Source: a bacterium (GTDB lineage Bacteria > Zhuqueibacterota > Zhuqueibacteria > Residuimicrobiales > Krinioviventaceae). Taken from it: 64,000 nt of DNA. Position numbers and translations under genes: made by a program. The stretch's first letter is position 1. Each line of letters opens with the position of its first letter. Shown here one piece after another: positions 60,444-64,000 of this stretch. The DNA is taken from assembly GCA_963693055.1 (NCBI GenBank), contig OY843751.1, forward strand, positions 3,264,001-3,328,000, read 5' to 3'. The notes beneath the pieces were generated by a model. That model had not been told where the DNA came from and made no database searches. It was given only the letters and a program-made list of their open reading frames with translations.

Positions 60444-62156
60444 TTATTCTACATCTCTTCTCACATAGTGTGTATGCAAGAGCTCATGGGCCTTATGACT
60501 GTTGGGCTCGCCAAGGAACTCTTTATACAATTTCTGAACTGATTCATTCTGATGTGAACAACGCATGGGCAGTTCTTTATCGATCTTGTAAATAGCCTGC
60601 ATACGCTTTTCAGTTTTTTCAGGATCAGAAGGCAATGGCTGACCACCACCATTAATACAACCACCGGGGCATGCCATAACTTCAATAAAGTGATATGGAG
60701 AAGTTCCTTCCTGCATCTGGTCCAGGAAATGGTTTATGTTTTTCAATCCGTTAATAGCGGCAACTTTAAGTTCAATATCATTAATCGTTACAACAGCTTC
60801 TTTAACACCACTCAAGCCACGGATTGGACGAAAATCGATATCATCCATTTCTTTACCCGTAAGTGTAAAATATGCTGTACGCAAAGCGGCTTCCATAACA
60901 CCACCGGCACTACCAAAAATAACCGCAGCACCCGTTGATTCACCCAATGGATCATCAAAGTGTTCTTCTGCCAGGCGGGTAAAATCAATACCTGCGTTTT
61001 TGATCATTCTTGCAAGTTCGCGTGTGGTAACTACTGCATCAACATCCGGGTATTTATCACCCAGTTCAGGACGTTGAGCTTCAAATTTCTTTGCAGTACA
61101 TGGCATTACAGATACTACAAATATATCTTTGGGATCAATACCCATCTTTTGCGCATAAAAAGATTTTACAAGCGCTCCCTGCATTTCATGTGGTGATTTA
61201 CAGGTTGAGAGATTGCCCAACAGATCGGGATAAAAATGTTCAATATATTTAATCCAACCCGGACTACAAGAAGTAATCATGGGAACAGTACCATTATTGG
61301 TTAAACGACCCAACAATTCAGTTGCTTCTTCCATAATGGTAAGATCAGCACTAAAGTTGGTGTCAAAAACAGTGTCAAAGCCCATTGCGCGAAGTGCTGA
61401 AACCATTTGACCTGTAACAATAGTGCCAACCGGCATCCCAAATTCTTCACCCAGTGCAACACGTACAGCCGGTGCAACTTGAACAACAACATGTTTTTCT
61501 TTATTATTAATGGCATCCCAAACAACTTTTTCCTGGCTCTTTTCTTTCAAAGCACCAACTGGACAGTTAACAATACACTGACCACAGTAAACACAAGGAA
61601 CTGTGTTCAAACTGTTATCAAATGCAGGGGTAACATAAGTCTGGAAACCACGGTTTGCAAAATCAATTGCGCCTACATTTTGTACTTCATGACAAACACG
61701 GATACAGCGACCGCAGAGAATACATTTATCGGGATCACGTTCCATTGATGGACTTGCAACATCCTGTTTGTTTGAACGTTTTTCACCTTCATAGCGCAGG
61801 CTGCGAACACCATATTCCGCAGCAAGGGTCTGTAATTCACAATTTCCATTGCGAACACATTGCAAACAATCAGCCGGGTGGTTGGCAATCAACAACTCGA
61901 TGATGGTTTTTCTTGCACGTCTTACCTTGGGTGAATTGGTTTGCACCTTCATTCCGTCAGCTACCGGAAATGCACAGGAAGGTACAAGATTGCGCTGTCC
62001 TTCTACTTCAACAACACATATACGGCATGAACCGGTTGGGCTAAATCCTTTCAGGTAACACAATGTTGGTATTTTAATACCTTCACGGTCAGCTACGGTA
62101 AGGATCGTTTCACCCGGATTGGCCCAGCACTCTTTATCATTTATTATAATTCGCAT
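60444..62156 (-). CDS. hydA: [FeFe]-hydrogenase catalytic subunit (group A3), copy 2
   Basis: F-clusters plus TSCSPGW, MPCTAKKFE and EVMACPGGCINGGGQP. Confidence 0.96.
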   Translation of the reverse strand: MRIIINDKECWANPGETILTVADREGIKIPTLCYLKGFSPTGSCRICVVEVEGQRNLVPSCAFPVADGMKVQTNSPKVRRARKTIIELLIANHPADCLQCVRNGNCELQTLAAEYGVRSLRYEGEKRSNKQDVASPSMERDPDKCILCGRCIRVCHEVQNVGAIDFANRGFQTYVTPAFDNSLNTVPCVYCGQCIVNCPVGALKEKSQEKVVWDAINNKEKHVVVQVAPAVRVALGEEFGMPVGTIVTGQMVSALRAMGFDTVFDTNFSADLTIMEEATELLGRLTNNGTVPMITSCSPGWIKYIEHFYPDLLGNLSTCKSPHEMQGALVKSFYAQKMGIDPKDIFVVSVMPCTAKKFEAQRPELGDKYPDVDAVVTTRELARMIKNAGIDFTRLAEEHFDDPLGESTGAAVIFGSAGGVMEAALRTAYFTLTGKEMDDIDFRPIRGLSGVKEAVVTINDIELKVAAINGLKNINHFLDQMQEGTSPYHFIEVMACPGGCINGGGQPLPSDPEKTEKRMQAIYKIDKELPMRCSHQNESVQKLYKEFLGEPNSHKAHELLHTHYVRRDVE

Positions 62157-62171
62157 ATCTTCCTCAGTTTA

Positions 62172-64000
62172 TTATTCCACATAAATGGCATCAAATTTAC
62201 AATTGGCTCTACACTGATCACAGCGTATACATTTATCATCAATAATGTAATGTGCTTTTTTACGTTCGCCCAGAATAGCATTTTCAGGACATTTTCTAGC
62301 ACAAACTGTACAACCGGTACATTTATCTGTATCAATCTTATATGTCAACAGGTCTCTACAAACACCAGCGCGGCATTTACGATCGTACAAGTGTTCTTCG
62401 TATTCTTCACGGAAATAACGTATTGTGCTCAATACGGGGTTCGCGGCAGTTTGTCCCAATCCACACAACGAAGTATTAATGATCACTTCTGACAGACGTT
62501 CAAGGTATACCATACCCTGGAAACGCAGCAGTGAATCTTCGGCAGATTTTTCAGCACGATGGCTTGATGACAAACGTTCCAGAATTTCCAACAACCGCTT
62601 TGTACCCTCACGACAAGGAATACATTTACCACATGATTCAGACTGGATAAAGGTCATAAAGTATTTGGCCAAATCAACCATACAGGTTGTTTCATCCATT
62701 ACCACCAGACCACCGGAACCCATCATGGCGCCAATGCTTTTGAGTGATTCATAATCTACAGGAGTATCGATAACTGAATCCGGTAATGCACCACCAGAAG
62801 GACCACCAATCTGTACAGCCTTGAATTCTTTACCATCAGGAATACCACCACCAATATCAAAAACGATTTCACGCAGTGTAACACCCATGGGAACTTCAAC
62901 CAGACCTACATTTTTCACTTTACCGGAAAGAGCAAAGATCTTGGTACCTTTAGAATTTTCTGTACCAATCTTTGAATACCAGTCTGCACCATTACGCAAG
63001 AGTACCGGTACATTTGCAAAAGTTTCAACGTTATTAATAATGGTTGGTTTACCAAACAATCCTGCATCTGAAGGATATGGTGGTTTAGGACGCGGCATTC
63101 CGCGTTTACCTTCAATTGAATTCAACAATGCGGTTTCTTCACCACAAACAAATGCGCCCGCACCTTTTTTAATTTTCAGGTTAAAGCTAAATCCTGTTCC
63201 CAGAATATTCTCACCCAACAGGCCATAGGCTTTAGCGTCTTTGATCGTTTTTTCAAGTCTAGCAATTGCAAGTGGATATTCAGCACGGCAGTAAACATAA
63301 CCTTCATCTGCACCAATAGCAAAAGCGGCAATAGCCATACCTTCTACCATCAAATGAGGATCACCTTCCATTACCGCACGATCCATAAATGCACCAGGAT
63401 CGCCTTCATCTGCATTACAAACAACATATTTTTTATCGCCTTTTGACTGGGCAGCCAGTTTCCACTTTAAACCTGTTGGAAAACCACCGCCGCCACGACC
63501 ACGAAGTCCGCCGTCTAAAACTTCTTTAACCACTTTTTCGGAATCCATTTGGGTCAAAGCTTTGGTCAAAGCCTGGTAACCACCATTTGAAATATATTGA
63601 TCAATACTTTCCGGATCAATTACACCACAATTGGCTAAAACTACTTTTTTCTGTTTCTTAAAGAATGGAATATCTTCCATTTTATCAACACTTGACCAAT
63701 CACCTGCATGACCATTTTTATCATATACACCCAGTGTTTTTCCTACAATCACTTGTTTATTAATAATGGTCTGTTCCACAATTTCAGGAACATCCTCAAC
63801 TGTAACTTCACAATAACTGATTCTCGGATAATTGGGTAATTTAATATCAACAATAACTTCACGTGCGCAATATCCAACACAACCAGTAGAGATCAGCTTT
63901 GCATTAATATTTTTTTCATTCAATAATGTTTTAAAAGCATCATATATTTTTTGTGCACCATTTGCTAAACCACAGGTACCCATACCCAGCAGGATAACAG
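62172..64000 (-). CDS. hydB: NuoF-like HydB subunit, electron-bifurcating type (5' end beyond window)
   Basis: GRGGGGFP, ADEGDPGAFMD, GAGAFVCGEET, GGPSGG and C-terminal 2x[4Fe-4S] (CTGCTVCARKCP, CIRCDQCRANC); frame is open past the track's Met (..VILLGMGTCG). Confidence 0.93.
   Translation of the reverse strand, partial: VILLGMGTCGLANGAQKIYDAFKTLLNEKNINAKLISTGCVGYCAREVIVDIKLPNYPRISYCEVTVEDVPEIVEQTIINKQVIVGKTLGVYDKNGHAGDWSSVDKMEDIPFFKKQKKVVLANCGVIDPESIDQYISNGGYQALTKALTQMDSEKVVKEVLDGGLRGRGGGGFPTGLKWKLAAQSKGDKKYVVCNADEGDPGAFMDRAVMEGDPHLMVEGMAIAAFAIGADEGYVYCRAEYPLAIARLEKTIKDAKAYGLLGENILGTGFSFNLKIKKGAGAFVCGEETALLNSIEGKRGMPRPKPPYPSDAGLFGKPTIINNVETFANVPVLLRNGADWYSKIGTENSKGTKIFALSGKVKNVGLVEVPMGVTLREIVFDIGGGIPDGKEFKAVQIGGPSGGALPDSVIDTPVDYESLKSIGAMMGSGGLVVMDETTCMVDLAKYFMTFIQSESCGKCIPCREGTKRLLEILERLSSSHRAEKSAEDSLLRFQGMVYLERLSEVIINTSLCGLGQTAANPVLSTIRYFREEYEEHLYDRKCRAGVCRDLLTYKIDTDKCTGCTVCARKCPENAILGERKKAHYIIDDKCIRCDQCRANCKFDAIYVE

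Noticed and set aside
49801-63228. Many 60-155 aa antisense or alternate-frame ORFs over the hydrogenase genes
   Set aside because: No motifs or RBS; expected shadows of codon-biased genes.

Overview
AT-rich bacterial chromosomal window, probably from an anaerobic fermenter of the FCB group (KSB1/Calditrichota-like; inferred only from T9SS-type C-terminal sorting domains, a PorV-family barrel and gene content). The left part (1-18.3 kb) is a mosaic accessory region: secreted glycan-active and hydrolytic proteins, lemA/DUF2207 and katG. It ends at tRNA-Ala(GGC) and a 1.4-kb IS with terminal inverted repeats. From 20 to 64 kb all real genes are on the minus strand. They include (i) a tightly packed unit headed by an unannotated UshA-like selenoprotein (in-frame TGA in a CGU motif plus a SECIS-like hairpin), followed by a rifampin-phosphotransferase-like kinase, mrfA/mrfB-like repair genes and an AlaX editing protein; (ii) a T9SS cargo next to a PorV-OmpA-AMIN fusion; (iii) housekeeping and fermentation genes (ptb, 2x buk, apt, acyP, asnS, gpsA, purM, xylA, gdh, mlaDEF); and (iv) a >14-kb hydrogen locus. 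In that locus an electron-bifurcating-type and a non-bifurcating-type NAD(P)H-dependent [FeFe]-hydrogenase flank an H2-sensing phosphorelay (sensory [FeFe]-hydrogenase-histidine kinase, two single-domain receivers, a REC-PAS-HK hybrid, DRTGG, PHP and HATPase proteins). No CRISPR array or rRNA was seen. All assignments come from motif recognition by eye; no database searches were run.
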